A stretch of DNA of 63,317 nt, filler included, from Pigoraptor vietnamica (lineage: Eukaryota): assembly GCA_943704525.1 (NCBI GenBank). It is 9 parts of 9 records of this genome, joined end to end, with 100 filler letters (N's around TTAATTAATTAA, not from the genome) between each part and the next. Parts side by side here need not be neighbours in the genome. Positions count along the whole stretch, not along the records: positions 47,211 to 52,384 come from CALSCQ010003161.1; positions 52,485 to 57,639 come from CALSCQ010003163.1; positions 57,740 to 59,879 come from CALSCQ010003164.1; 6 more parts are not named here. The stretch is one strand, 5' to 3'. The notes beneath the pieces were generated by a model. It was given only the letters and a program-made list of their open reading frames with translations. It searched no databases and was not told the origin of the DNA. How positions within the stretch are numbered: position 1 is the first letter of the stretch; each line of letters starts with the position of its first letter. The position numbers and the translations under genes are program-made. Below are positions 47,746-59,726 of this stretch, piece after piece.

Positions 47746-50700
47746 TAATTTGAGCTTCTGTAAGCTGAATTTTCTTCCTCTCGGGTTGTTCGACACGTTA
47801 ACCTTCGTCACCTCACTGTGAGTGAAGAATTCAAATTGGCACGCGCCGCCTGGCATGCAATTCAACTGCTGCGCGCGGGTGCATATTATTCATGCGCGAT
47901 GGTGCTGTGCGTGGCCTGTGTGTGTGAGATAGTGAGGCGAATGTTCGTGCATTAATGCGGGTTAGTAACTTTCTCGTGAGCGGGCATGTACGTGGAATAT
48001 GATATCTGAGTTTCTTATTTTTCTTTTCTTCTTTTATGTTGTTTTTATTTTATCACTTCCAGTCCGCACACTTACTGACTTGACGCTTCCCTCAGGTCAC
48101 TTAACGATAACCAGCTGTCGTCCCTTCCCGCAAACCTTCTTGTTCCTGTCGCAAGAACTGTGGGCGACGGAATGTGAGCTCATGCCGTGTGCTCCGATGT
48201 CTTGCGTTGTTCAGCTCACAGCATTGTGTATGAGTGAGCCGCTTAGATCGCACTGTCTATTTTGCTACATGCTGCGTGCTGATCCGCAATCGGTCCCAGT
48301 TGACTTTTTGCTTTGGCTCACGTTCAACACTTTCCCATTCCCAATACCCTCCGGCCTCCTTGACTTACAGAGCCCTCGGCAACAATCCCGGCGGCAATGG
48401 GAATCAGTGCTCCAACTCGAACGCATACTGTATCGTTGGCACGTGCCAGAATTGCTTCTGCAGCCCCGGTTACGCTGGTCCACGCTTTCCTACCGAAAAC
48501 AACCCCTGCCAAAGGCGGTGCACTTCCCTCGATGACTGTCGTCGACCGTGCGATGTGCCCTGCGCCAACGGGGGGGTCTGTGACACGAGCGTATCTGTCT
48601 GCAACTGCGCGGCGGGCTGGTGAGTGCTTGTTCTGATCGCATTGTGTCCAGGGCCGGGCCATTTCAATCTCGTGACTGTGCTTACTTGTTGCCTGTGCGC
48701 TATTAATGTAGGACTGGCACGGCATGCACGCAAGCATGCAACGCGGGATGGTACGGAGTGAACTGCGCACAGCGGTGTGCATGTGCCAATGGCGGTACCT
48801 GCGATCGCTTCAACGGCGCATGCACGTGTACCGCGGGGTGGACGGGCAGCCGTTGTGAAGACCCTTGCCGTGCCGACAACTATGGCCCAGGGTGCTCTCG
48901 TGCCTGCGACTGCGCTGCTGGCGCAACGTGCAACCGATTCACGGGCGCATGTAGTGGGGGTTGCAGCGCACCGGGGAGCACGCCCGCGGCCACCTGCGCT
49001 GTACAGTGCGCGAATGGCGGCTCGTGCAACATGAACACGATGACATGCAACTGCGCGCCTGGATGGTGAGGGTGTGCCCGCATCGTGTGTATGGTAGTGT
49101 ACTTGTGCCGTGCGTATGTATTTGCGGGTTCTGTGGCTCTCATACAGTGTGTACATCGGTGTTGCAGGACCGGCATTGCCTGCACGCAGGCGTGCGATTC
49201 TGGATTCTATGGTGCGAACTGCGCGCTGCAGTGCACTTGCGCGAACGGTGGAGCGTGCGATCGCTTCACGGGAATGTGCTCGTGCACAGCGGGGTGGATG
49301 GGCAGCCGGTGCGAAGACCCCTGCCGCATGGACAACTACGGACCAGGTTGTGCCAGCTCTTGTAATTGCACTGCGGGTGTTGTGTGCGACCGGTTCACGG
49401 GCTCGTGCAGTGGTGCGGCGCCAACGCCCGCGTTCGCGTGCGCAATTCCGTGCTCGAACGGAGGCTCGTGTGACGCGAAGACGGGCACTTGCATTTGCGC
49501 CGCAGGATGGTGAGGCTGACCCAATGTGAAGTGTATTAGAGTACGGTGCCCTGTTCGATCTTGCTTGGCACTCACACGTCTTTATCATGGCGCAGGAGTG
49601 GTGTGGGCTGCACGCAATCGTGCAACGTCGGATGGTACGGACCGAACTGCGCACAGCGGTGCGCGTGTGCAAACGGCGCTGTGTGCGATCGCTTCACAGG
49701 AATATGCACCTGCACGGCGGGGTGGATGGGTAGTCGCTGCGAAGACCCCTGCCGCATCGACAACTATGGGCCTGGCTGCTCCGGCACATGTATTTGTGGC
49801 GCTGGTGTCGCGTGCAACCGATTCACTGGAGCGTGCGGCGTGACTGCCACCTGCCCTGTGCCGTGCATGAATGGCGGCTCTTGCGACGCGAAGCTGCAAA
49901 CGTGCACTTGCTCGGCGGGATGGTGAGTGATGGGATTCAACGCTGTAGGGCATGCGAGTGCCTTGTTCCCGACATGGCGCTGATTTATCTGAACCGCCCG
50001 CCGCGGTTGCCGTAGGACTGGTGTGGGCTGCATGCAGGCATGCGATGCGGGCTGGTATGGACCTAATTGCATGCTGCGGTGTGCGTGCGCGAACGGCGGT
50101 GCGTGCGATCGCTTCACGGGAATGTGCACGTGCACGGCGGGGTGGACAGGCAGTCGATGCGAAGACCCTTGCCGCATCGATAACTACGGGCCCGGCTGCT
50201 CCAAGACTTGCAACTGCACGGCAGGCGTCGTGTGTGACCGGTTCACGGGTGCGTGCATCTGGGCTTACAGCACTGCGGCAACGGCGCCCACGACCTCCTG
50301 CGATGCAAAGACAGGGGCGTGCAATTGCGCTGCAGGATGGTGAGTGTACGTTGTGCACCATGCGGCACAAATCTGTTGCATTTATTGAGACTTTTTCTCG
50401 CTGCCGTTTTACTCTCCCACCTGACGTGTGATGCATTGTAGGACTGGCGCGAACTGTGCGCAGGCGTGCGACGCGGGCTGGTACGGCAGCAACTGTACGC
50501 TGCGGTGTGCGTGCGCGAACGGCGGAGCATGCGATCGCTTCACGGGAATGTGCACGTGCACGGCGGGGTGGACGGGCAGCCGCTGCGAAGACCCTTGCCG
50601 CGTCGACAACTACGGGCCTGGCTGCTCCAACAACTGCAATTGCATCGCCGGTGCCACATGCGACCGGTTCACGGGCGCGTGCCGAGGGGTTGCCGTGTGT

Positions 50701-51774
50701 ACACTTCCGTGCGCGAACGGCGGTTCCTGCGACTGGAAGTCGGGTTCTTGCAGTTGTACCGTGGGATGGTGAGATTTTCTTCCCAATCTTTGTTCCCGTC
50801 GCTTTCACAGTCTGTAAGGCTCATGCCCTTATTTGTCCTAGGACTGGCGCGAACTGTGCGCAGGCGTGCGACGTTGGCTGGTACGGCAGCAACTGCACGC
50901 TGAGATGTGCATGCGCGAACGGCGGAGCGTGCGATCGCTTCACGGGAATGTGCTCGTGCACAGCGGGGTGGACGGGCAGTCGATGCGAAGACCCTTGCCG
51001 TGTTGACAATTACGGACCCGGCTGCTCCAAGAGTTGTAATTGCGTCGCTGGCGCCACGTGCGACCGGTTCACGGGCGCGTGCCGAGGGGTTGCCGCATGT
51101 GCTGTTCCGTGCGCGAACGGCGGTTCCTGCGACTCATCGGGTTCTTGCGTTTGCGCTACGGGATGGTGGGCTTTTCAGACAATGCCATGGATGAGATTGA
51201 TCGTGCGTTCCTTTTTCACATTTCGCGATGCTGACCGTCACATTCGCGCAGGACTGGCACGGACTGTGCCCAGGCGTGCGATGAAGGCTGGTACGGCAGC
51301 AACTGCACGCTGAGGTGTGCGTGCGCGAACGGCGGAGCGTGTGATCGCTTCACGGGAATGTGCAGGTGCACGGCGGGGTGGACGGGCAGCCGATGCGAAG
51401 ACCCTTGCCGCGTCGACAACTACGGACCCGGCTGCTCCCAGAGTTGTAATTGCGTCGTCGGCACCACGTGCGACCGGTTCACGGGCGCGTGCATAAGTAA
51501 CGGGGCCTGCGGAGGGGCAGAAACTCTCGCTGGTCAGCGATCTAATCCGACTGCGCTTTCATCGTCGGGAGACAGCTCTTCCAATTCTGCCGCCATCGTT
51601 GCCGCCGTTTTTGCCGCCGTTGGAGTTGCTCTTGGGGCAGCAGCGCTGGCACTTCAATTGAGCGCCAGGAAGAATTCACCGACGCATGCGCTAAAGGAGG
51701 CGCCGGAGTCACGCGCAGGCAGCATGGAGATGATCCGCGGTGCTGCCGAGAACACTAGCGCGACGGACGCATAG
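47746..51774 (+). CDS. LRR plus multiple EGF-like (MEGF10/SREC-type) single-pass membrane receptor (5' truncated)
   Basis: LRR exons 47746-47817 (NLSFCKLNFLPLGLFDTL) and 48096-48173 (SLNDNQLSSLPANLL), cap/EGF exon 48371-48619, six duplicated exons (48712-49065, 49168-49509, 49596-49922, 50016-50339, 50442-50768, 50842-51165) with C.C.NGG.CDRFTG.C.CTAGW.GSRCEDPCR.DNYGPGC, and a terminal exon 51252-51774 with TM AAIVAAVFAAVGVALGAAALAL. Confidence 0.88.
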
Positions 51775-52334
51775 GGCACTTGCTGTACGTCGCAGTTCGC
51801 GTTTCTCTCTTCGTACGCTTTCTATTGCATTAATTGTGTAGTCCCTGTAATTGACAATATAAAACCCATGTGTGGCAGACGCAATCTTCTGTGTGTGCGC
51901 TCGAGGTGATGCAATTATACATAAAATGCACGTTACGCGCCTAGGTCTGATTTGTGGGGTCCGAGGGTTACGGACGGTCGACGGGCGTTCCGGAAGAGGC
52001 AGGCTGGCGCACGTCGCGCCAGAAGTCCGCGAGGCCTTGCTGAGCGCGTACATCGTGCAGTACGGCGGCCTGCTCGTGCTCGGCGAGCACTGTACCTGCG
52101 AAGGCAGCGCGAGTGCCGGCGCCGATGGAGGCGGGCCGAGCGCATCCGCGAGCGGCTGTCGGCACCGCTCGTCCGGCTGGCCCCGGCACGTTGCGGGGCC
52201 GGCCGTCTGGACATCTGCGCTCCGTCCGCCCGTTACCGATTTTAATACTAGTCTGAAGGGAAAAAAAAAAAAAAAAGAAAGAAAACCAACCACACACACA
52301 AACACACACACACATACACACACACACACACACA

Positions 52335-52384
<50 letters not shown>

Positions 52385-52484
52385 NNNNNNNNNNNNNNNN
52401 NNNNNNNNNNNNNNNNNNNNNNNNNNNNTTAATTAATTAANNNNNNNNNNNNNNNNNNNNNNNNNNNNNNNNNNNNNNNNNNNN

Positions 52485-52596
<112 letters not shown>

Positions 52597-52723
52597 TTTA
52601 CTGCCGGGCATTGTTTTTTGCAACAACATGTCTTTTCTTTCTGATGGTTATTTCCTTTTTTCTTTGGTGGCTTTTTTTTGGGGGTCGTGCGCTGATCTTC
52701 GCGCCCGCGTTCAACTCGAACAG

Positions 52724-55700
52724 GACGTGGACTATGAGACGCTTGTGTGGTCCAAGGTGTATCCCGCGTGGCGTTCACTCCCGGAGCAGCGCCGCTACAG
52801 CGACGGCCACACGCTCGTCACCGTGAACGAATTCGTCACCGTGCACTCCATGTACGCCGGCGTCTTCCACTTTGCCACCGCCGCAATCGACCGCCGCCTC
52901 AAGGCGAAGGCGAACGCCACCGTCGAGCGCCCCACGTACCACTGGCAGGATCACGTCCCCCCTCTCCTCCACCCGCTCGTTTCCGTGACTGGCCTCGACG
53001 TGTGTCCCGCTCCCATCAACATCTACACGCCGCCCGGGCTGCTCTTCAACGGACGTCCCGGTGCCACGTGGGACCCGGCGTGCGTCGACTACGGCAGCGT
53101 CGTTGACGCGACCCTTGCGGCCTCGCTCGGAGAACCGCCGATGACGCAGCTCATTCGCCTGGAGCCCGACAAGTACCACTCGCCATCGGTGAGGATTTAC
53201 TGCGGCGGCAAGGACAGGGTTGATCTGAGCGGGTACGCGACGATGGAAGTGCGCATTCGTCTGGCAGACAAGGGCGCGCCTCCCGTGAGCAATTACGGCG
53301 TGTTTGTGGCGGGTTACACGGGACGCACGCCATTGATCAACATGGTGGATTATCTCGTCGACGACAGCGGCCAACCTTTGCCAGCGGACAAGAAGGCAAG
53401 TTGCTTCGTGGACTCCGATTGTCCCTCTGGGCCTGCTTTGTGTGCGAGTATTTGCGTGGCGCAGTTGCATGTGACGGATGTCGCGCGTGCGATGCCTGAC
53501 GAATTGTGTGCCGGGCGCAGGCCATCGGCGGCGAGTGGGTGCGCGCGCGCATTCCCATGTCGGACATGCGCACCCCGTCATACGACGTGTGCTCCGTCGA
53601 CTACGTCCTCTTCGGCACGATGGACCCTCCGCAAGAGTTCTACGTGTCGGAAATCGTCTTCTCTGGTGTGTTTTCGGCTGTACATTTGTGCGCGTGACAC
53701 ACGAGTAGTGTCGTTGTGTGCGCCGTTGCTCGCGATCATCTAACATGGCATTGTGCAAGCATTCACGTTCACGAGCTCGTTCGTTCGCAGGCGACGGCAC
53801 CCCTCCCGCGAAGCTCGTGGAGGTCCTCACGGCGGCGGACAACGCGATTGCTCTCGTATACGATGCCCCCGCACAGGGAGTGCCACCGTCCCAGGATCCC
53901 CTCGACTACACCATCGACGGCGCGCACCCGTCCGCCGTCGGTCGCTACTCTGTTGTGCGCGGCGAAGACCTCCGCGATTGCAACAAGCTGTACGTGCGAC
54001 ACCACATCTACCTCGTCCTGCCGAACGGCGCCGTACTCCAGAACGGACGGACGTACACGCTATCGTCCGCGACGCGCCACGGCCCGGCGTCCCGCACATT
54101 TCGCTTTGACGAAACGTTCGTGCGTTGCGAGGCGATCAAGGTGAACCAGGCCGGCTATGGTTCCGTCACGGGCGAGCGGCGATATGCCACTCTCGGCGTG
54201 TGGCTCGGGCAACTCGGCACGAAGCGCCTCCCCTCGCCGCCGCACTACAGCGTCATCCGCGTGTCCGACGGCGTGCCTGTCTTTACGGGCGTCGCCAACG
54301 CACCCATTGACGACCACCTCCTCCCCTTTGCCAGCGGCGAGTACGTCTATCGTCTCAACCTCGCGGGCGTGCCGAACGGCGGGCCGTACAAGGTCTCCGT
54401 GGCCGGCTTCGGGACGTCGTACGCCTTTGGGATCGGCCCCGACTACGTGCGCCACGTCGCTTACGTCGAAATGCGCGGCCTGTTCCACCAGCGCTGCGGC
54501 ATTGAATTGCCGCCTAAGAACACCGAGTGGCCGCGGGAAGTGTGCCACGCCGTCGTGAACGTGACGGAGGGGGATCCCGGCGGCTTCATCACTCAAACCA
54601 GCGACGTGCAGCGGCCCGCAAAGGGCGGATGGCACGACGCGGGCGACTTTGACCGCAACTACGGCCACCTGTTTGCCGTTGAGTCGTTCCTCGTCATGTA
54701 CGAGGCTTACGCGCACGTGCTTCGCGATTCGACTCTCGATCTACCGGAGAGCGGAAACGGTATTCCCGACGTGCTTGACGAGGCGATGTTTGGGGTGCTC
54801 TTCTGGGAGACGATGCAGGAAGACGACGGCGGCGTGCGCGCGGGCATCGAGGCTCAGGAACACCCGGTGTGTGTGTGCGGACAGTTTGTTGCCCTCTTTG
54901 CTGTACCATGGTGCCTGAGAAATGTGTGTGTGTGTGTGTGTGTCTGCGTTTCTATCTTCGTGTTTGTGTGCGTTTTTTTTTTCCCCTCGTGAGGGTGTGT
55001 TAATAACACAGCTGTGTTCTCACGTACCTGTCTTTTTCTGTGCAGGGGTACGGCATTGTCTACGCCGCCAACGACACGCTCGCCTACCGCACGTTCCGGC
55101 GAATGTGGCTGACCACGGCCGCCGGCGCAGGCATCTTTGCGCACGCGTCGCGCCTCGTCCGTCCCTTTGACGCTGCAAGGGCCGATGTGCTTCACGCGCG
55201 CGCTCTCAAGGCATGGCGGTGGGCAGAGAATTACCCCGACGGGCCGGAGAAGCGCGCCGCACCGCGCATGTATGCGTGCCTGCAACTGTACATCTCAACC
55301 GGCGACGAGGCCTTCCACGATTGCTTCAAGTTCGAGAGCCAACGCCTCGGGAACGGCGCACTTGGGTATCCGCAGGTGTGCATTTCGCGCTTCTTGTTGC
55401 AATTACTTTGTGTTTGTCACCTGTATTCGCGCCATGTTGTTCTGTCGGCGAGCACTCGGCTCTCGGCTGTTGTGGGCTCTCGTGTTTGTTTATTCTCGTG
55501 TTTGTTTATTCTCGTGTTTGTTTACCTCCTTCCTCCTCACATGGGTGTGTCCGTCGTCTCTCACTCACTTGCGTCACCGTCTCTCTCACGCCCTCCCTCC
55601 TAACATCCACCCTGTGCCGCAGGCCTATCGCCCGGATTACTGGAGCGGCCCGACGATGCGCGAGGGCCAGATATTCGCCGATTACTTTTACGATTATCTC

Positions 55701-57187
55701 CTGCTCAACAGCACCGGCGTGAACAGGTTCAACGTCAGCGCGACGCCGAACGACCCCACGTGGCGCCCGTTCCCCGTCGACCCTGCCGTCGCGGCTCTCG
55801 TGCGCGGTTGGCTTGGCTATAAGACGACCGAGTATCTCCGCTCCCTCAACGGCTACGCCTATCCCCTCGGCTCGCCGCCGAATGTCGGGTGGGGCTCGTT
55901 CACGACGCAGGGCGCGTACGCGGAGCCTCTCCTCCTCACGCACCGTCTCACGGGGGAACGGGACCTGCTGTCGTGGGTGGAGGTCATGTCCGACTATTCA
56001 CTTGGGCTCAATCCGCTTGGGAAAAGCTACGTCACGGGCCTTGGCGCCGACCGGCCCGTTACGCCGCTCAACCTGGACAGTTACTTCTGGGAGCAGCGCG
56101 GGAAGGAGCCCGTGCCCGGGATAACGCTCTACGGTCCCACTGGGTCGCCATCGGGGCTCGAGTACGAGTGGCGGGTGTGGCACAAGTCGTACCCGAACTG
56201 GTTCCTGCTGCCGGACCAGCGCCGATTTGCGTGGGTGTTGTCGCGCGCCCTTTCGTGTGTCATGTTTGAGTTTGCGTGGCTATATTTTGGTGATTTCAAA
56301 TCGCGTTGTGCGTGTTGAGGCTTTCGAACCGTGTTGCACGTGTGTCCGTGCGCATTTCTCACGTGCGTCGCCTTTCGTACCCTGCAGCGAGGGGTGGAGC
56401 TTTGTCGGCGCCAATGAGTACACGATCACGTGGCCCATGTCCAGCAATGCAGTCATGTATGCGGTGCTCTCGGGGCTGCAGGACGCCGCTGCGGCCGCTA
56501 CGGACGGTGCGGGTGGGTTTGTAGGTGCATGATTGCGTGCGTTGCGTGTTTTTGGCGTGATGCCTGAGTCTCACAGCGAATGTTACGGTGTTGCGCAGGC
56601 GCCAGCCGCACATTCGTGTACGATCCCGTTCACAACATCGGGTTCGCGTGTACATTGGGCCATTGCTTCCTCGCCGTTGCTTCGAAGAGTCGCTTGGAAT
56701 CTTGGACGCGTGAGTGAGCGTGCCTGTGTGTCTGTGTGTATGTTTCACATTGCTGCCGTTCTGCTATGTACTTGTTTTTTCATCTATCTCACGTGCCCTC
56801 TCTTGCGCAGCGCTCGACAAGGCCGGCATTGCGTCGGTGGAGGGCATCCGAATTTCCGACGGCGCCGCCTTCGGTCACACATCGAGCGGTGCCGGCGTCA
56901 TGAGCACCGACGGCGGCAGGTCGTGGTCGCCCATCTCGGCGGACGACATGAGCCGTGCTCTCGCACAGGCGGGGATCAAGCGCGCGCGCACGGTGTCGGC
57001 AACTTCGGACGGCACGGACACGCGCATTGGGTCGCTGAACGGCATGCCGGAAGGTAGCCTCGACGGGCCTTTCATCGTCACTGCGCGGGGCGTGCACGTG
57101 TACGACGACGCACTCGGCCGCCCTCGCGTCATTGCATTGTGGCAGTGCAACGTGGGCACGTGCCAAGCGCCAACCCCCGTCCCGTAA
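52724..57187 (+). CDS. Glycoside hydrolase family 9 with CBM-like and CelD-type Ig-like domains and a C-terminal Asp-box region (5' truncated, 8 visible exons)
   Basis: Exons 52724-53395, 53521-53665, 53791-54866, 55046-55375, 55623-56230, 56388-56512, 56599-56709, 56811-57187. Motifs: IKVNQAGY, GLFHQRCG, GGWHDAGDFDR, LPESGNGIPDVLDEA, LGLNPLGKSYVTGLG, NEYTI (catalytic Glu), STDGGRSW. Confidence 0.9.
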
Positions 57188-57327
57188 GCAGCGTGCGTTG
57201 CGTCGCAGTGTGCCGAGAGACACGAGTGGAAATCGAACACGCCCAGACGCATTGAATGGACATTAAATGGCCCACAAAACACGACAAGGCGTAGCGTCCA
57301 AATTTACGAGTTCTCGTATATTCGGTG

Positions 57328-57496
57328 CTATTCCTCGCGCTCTTTGGGTGGCGCGTTCGCGTCGGACTGTTCCTTGCCCGACGCCTTCGCCCTTTCGCTC
57401 CTCCGACGCTTGACGCGCTGCTGCAGAATGCGCACGGCGTCCTTCGAGAACATGTAGCTGAAGCCAGACGCGAGGGTCGTGCCGGCCACGGCATAC
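57328..57496 (-). CDS. CRLS1: Last exon of cardiolipin synthase (CDP-alcohol phosphatidyltransferase, CRD1/CRLS1-like)
   Basis: After a CTGTTCAG acceptor: YAVAGTTLASGFSYMFSKDAVRIL...*, matching the fungal Crd1-type C-terminal motif Y.VA.TT..SG.SY..SKDAV.IL. Absent from the ORF track. Confidence 0.68.
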
Positions 57497-57778
57497 CTGA
57501 ACAGGTTAGGACGGGTTGAACATGAATTCGATCGTCATAGTGAGACGAGGGAAGCCTTGTTTTCGTCTAGTACAGAAATGCGAGGCTCGATGGCTAAAAG
57601 GAGCAGAGGATGAGGAGGAGGGGGGGGGGGGGGGGGGGGNNNNNNNNNNNNNNNNNNNNNNNNNNNNNNNNNNNNNNNNNNNNTTAATTAATTAANNNNN
57701 NNNNNNNNNNNNNNNNNNNNNNNNNNNNNNNNNNNNNNNCCCCCCCCCCCCCCCCCCCCTTCATACGCACGCACGTAC

Positions 57779-59726
57779 CATTCTCAAAGTAGACGCAAGG
57801 AATGCCGTCTGTTGCCGTGCAGTGGTCGTCCTCGGTGCCGCCCTTCTCGAAAATGAGCGACTGCGCAATGGGGCACCCGCTGTACACCACAAGATTCGTC
57901 GTCGTGGCAGCCTAAACATGGACAACACGCACTCGGGTTTCAGCGACTGAGGAGGCGTGGGCGTCTGAGAACAGCGCCTTTGGACACTTGGTGGAATTCC
58001 TCGATGAACCCCAATGACTCTCACACGAAAACGGCCAGACAAAGAGAAGCTCGCCCCTCGACACAAGCATGCAAACGGCCGATGGAGAGGACACGGTCGC
58101 CCACCTTCGTGTCGGACAGCTTCGAGTTGTCCTGACAGGCGAACGACGCCCCGTTGACGAGCAATCGCACGTTCGTCGGCCGCACATTCACTCCGGGGAA
58201 ATTCTGGTCACGTGGGACGCCGTTATCCTTGATGCTGAACTGCAAAAAGGAACAAGACGACGGATTAGCTACTGAAAGACGGGTTTTCCATCACTCCGGC
58301 CACCCTGCGACGGAGTGACACGGGAGAGATGCACACGCAGCGCACTTAATGTTGCTGTTAAAAACAAAAACAGACGCACACACGCGGCATACGACTGCAG
58401 CAGCGCACAGCCGCGAGTGTGCACTCACGGTGAAATTGACCGAGTTGGACACTGCCGAGACGCTCTTATAAAAATCGACCGTCACGAAATTCTCCTCGGC
58501 AACGACCGTCGCCGCGAGGTCGTCGATTGCGACGCCGTCCGCGGGCGTGATGGACATGACGACGCTGTAGTCGGCGCCCTTGTCGAGGAAGATGCGGTCG
58601 GGCAGGTCCGTCGACTGCGTGTTCTGACGCCGGGTCACGTCCGGGTTCTTCTCGGCCGTCAGCACAAGCTCCTTGTACGGACACTTGGCCTGGAGAGGAG
58701 AACGAAAAATGAGTCAGACGGAAGAAGGGAGAAGAGGAGGGGGGCGAGAGTGGCAAGACGTGAGCGTGCCAACGACAACACCGAGCTAAACGACGTGTTC
58801 GCATGTCACCAAAGGCTGCCTGACCAAGATGGCGTCACCCACGTCGTTTGCGAAGGCCGACTGCTCGAGCTCCAATTCGACGTCGATGGTGCGCACGACA
58901 AAGTCGCTTGCGTTCGTGTTTGAAATCGAGACAAACTGCACCCGCAGAGGGAACGGAAAGGATTGGCCACCACCAACAGGGACAGCGAGGCGACAGGTGA
59001 GGTGCCAGTATGTGAAGGACGAATATGCGATGTGTGCGTGCGATGTGTGAACTTTTGTACGTTGTGTGTGTGGGTGTTTGGGAGGGAAGAAGAGCCGAAA
59101 CACGCAAAGAAAAGCGACAACGCAGAAGAGGACGCGCAGGAGAATGGCGAAAAAATCTGGACCTCACACACCGAACTGCACAGACTACAAAACCCCGCAA
59201 AACAACAGTGCAATTGAGGGATAGGCCCTTAGAGGGACAATCCGATCCCATTCGCACCTTGAGATTGTTTGGGAAGTCATAGAAGATGGTGAACTTGCGC
59301 GGCGAGGGGTCCGCGGGCGACACGAGGACCATCACCGAGTAGTCCCCTTGGCCGTACCACACCTGCCACGCGCACACGGCAAACAGCGAAGACGCCGTCA
59401 GTTCGCACGCATGCGACGGATGACAGTGCAGCAGTTCGACGTAGGGGCCACAACAAGCAGCGCACGGACGATCCTTTTCAAAGTCACGTCCACACAGACA
59501 GACAACGCACATGCGTGCACGGCATCACACGCTTCATGCATACGGCATCACACGCTGCATGCACACGGCATCACACGCTGCATGCACACGGCATCACACG
59601 CTGCATGCACACACCTCCCCGCTCTGTGTGAGGCACGCGTACGACGAATCAAACGACGACGCAAACGCCGTGATGGGCGAGTCCACAAAGTCCCGCATGA
59701 CGTAAAAGCTGTGGCCGGCGTCCGGA
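57779..59726 (-). CDS. CATSPERG: CatSper channel auxiliary subunit gamma homologue (internal fragment, 6 exons)
   Basis: In-frame GT-AG exons from 59726, 59362, 58935, 58689, 58239 and about 57911 give PDAGHSFYVMRDF...SFDSSYACLTQSGE|VWYGQG...TIFYD|...VVRTIDVE...|AKCPYKELVL...TDLPDRIFLDKGADYSVVMSI...NSVNFT|FSIKD...DQNFPG...VNGASFAC|...LVVYSGCP.AQSLIF...C....GIPCVYF. This is collinear with mammalian CATSPERG motifs as I recall them (LPERIFLDKGTEYSF, NSVLF.ITLKD, DQG.SG, V.IGCP.GK.L.F, MPCFLF). Confidence 0.85.

Noticed and set aside
51968..52212. Possible terminal exon on the minus strand converging on the LRR-EGF gene
   Set aside because: A plausible acceptor and stop exist, but there is no recognisable homology and the frame is ambiguous.
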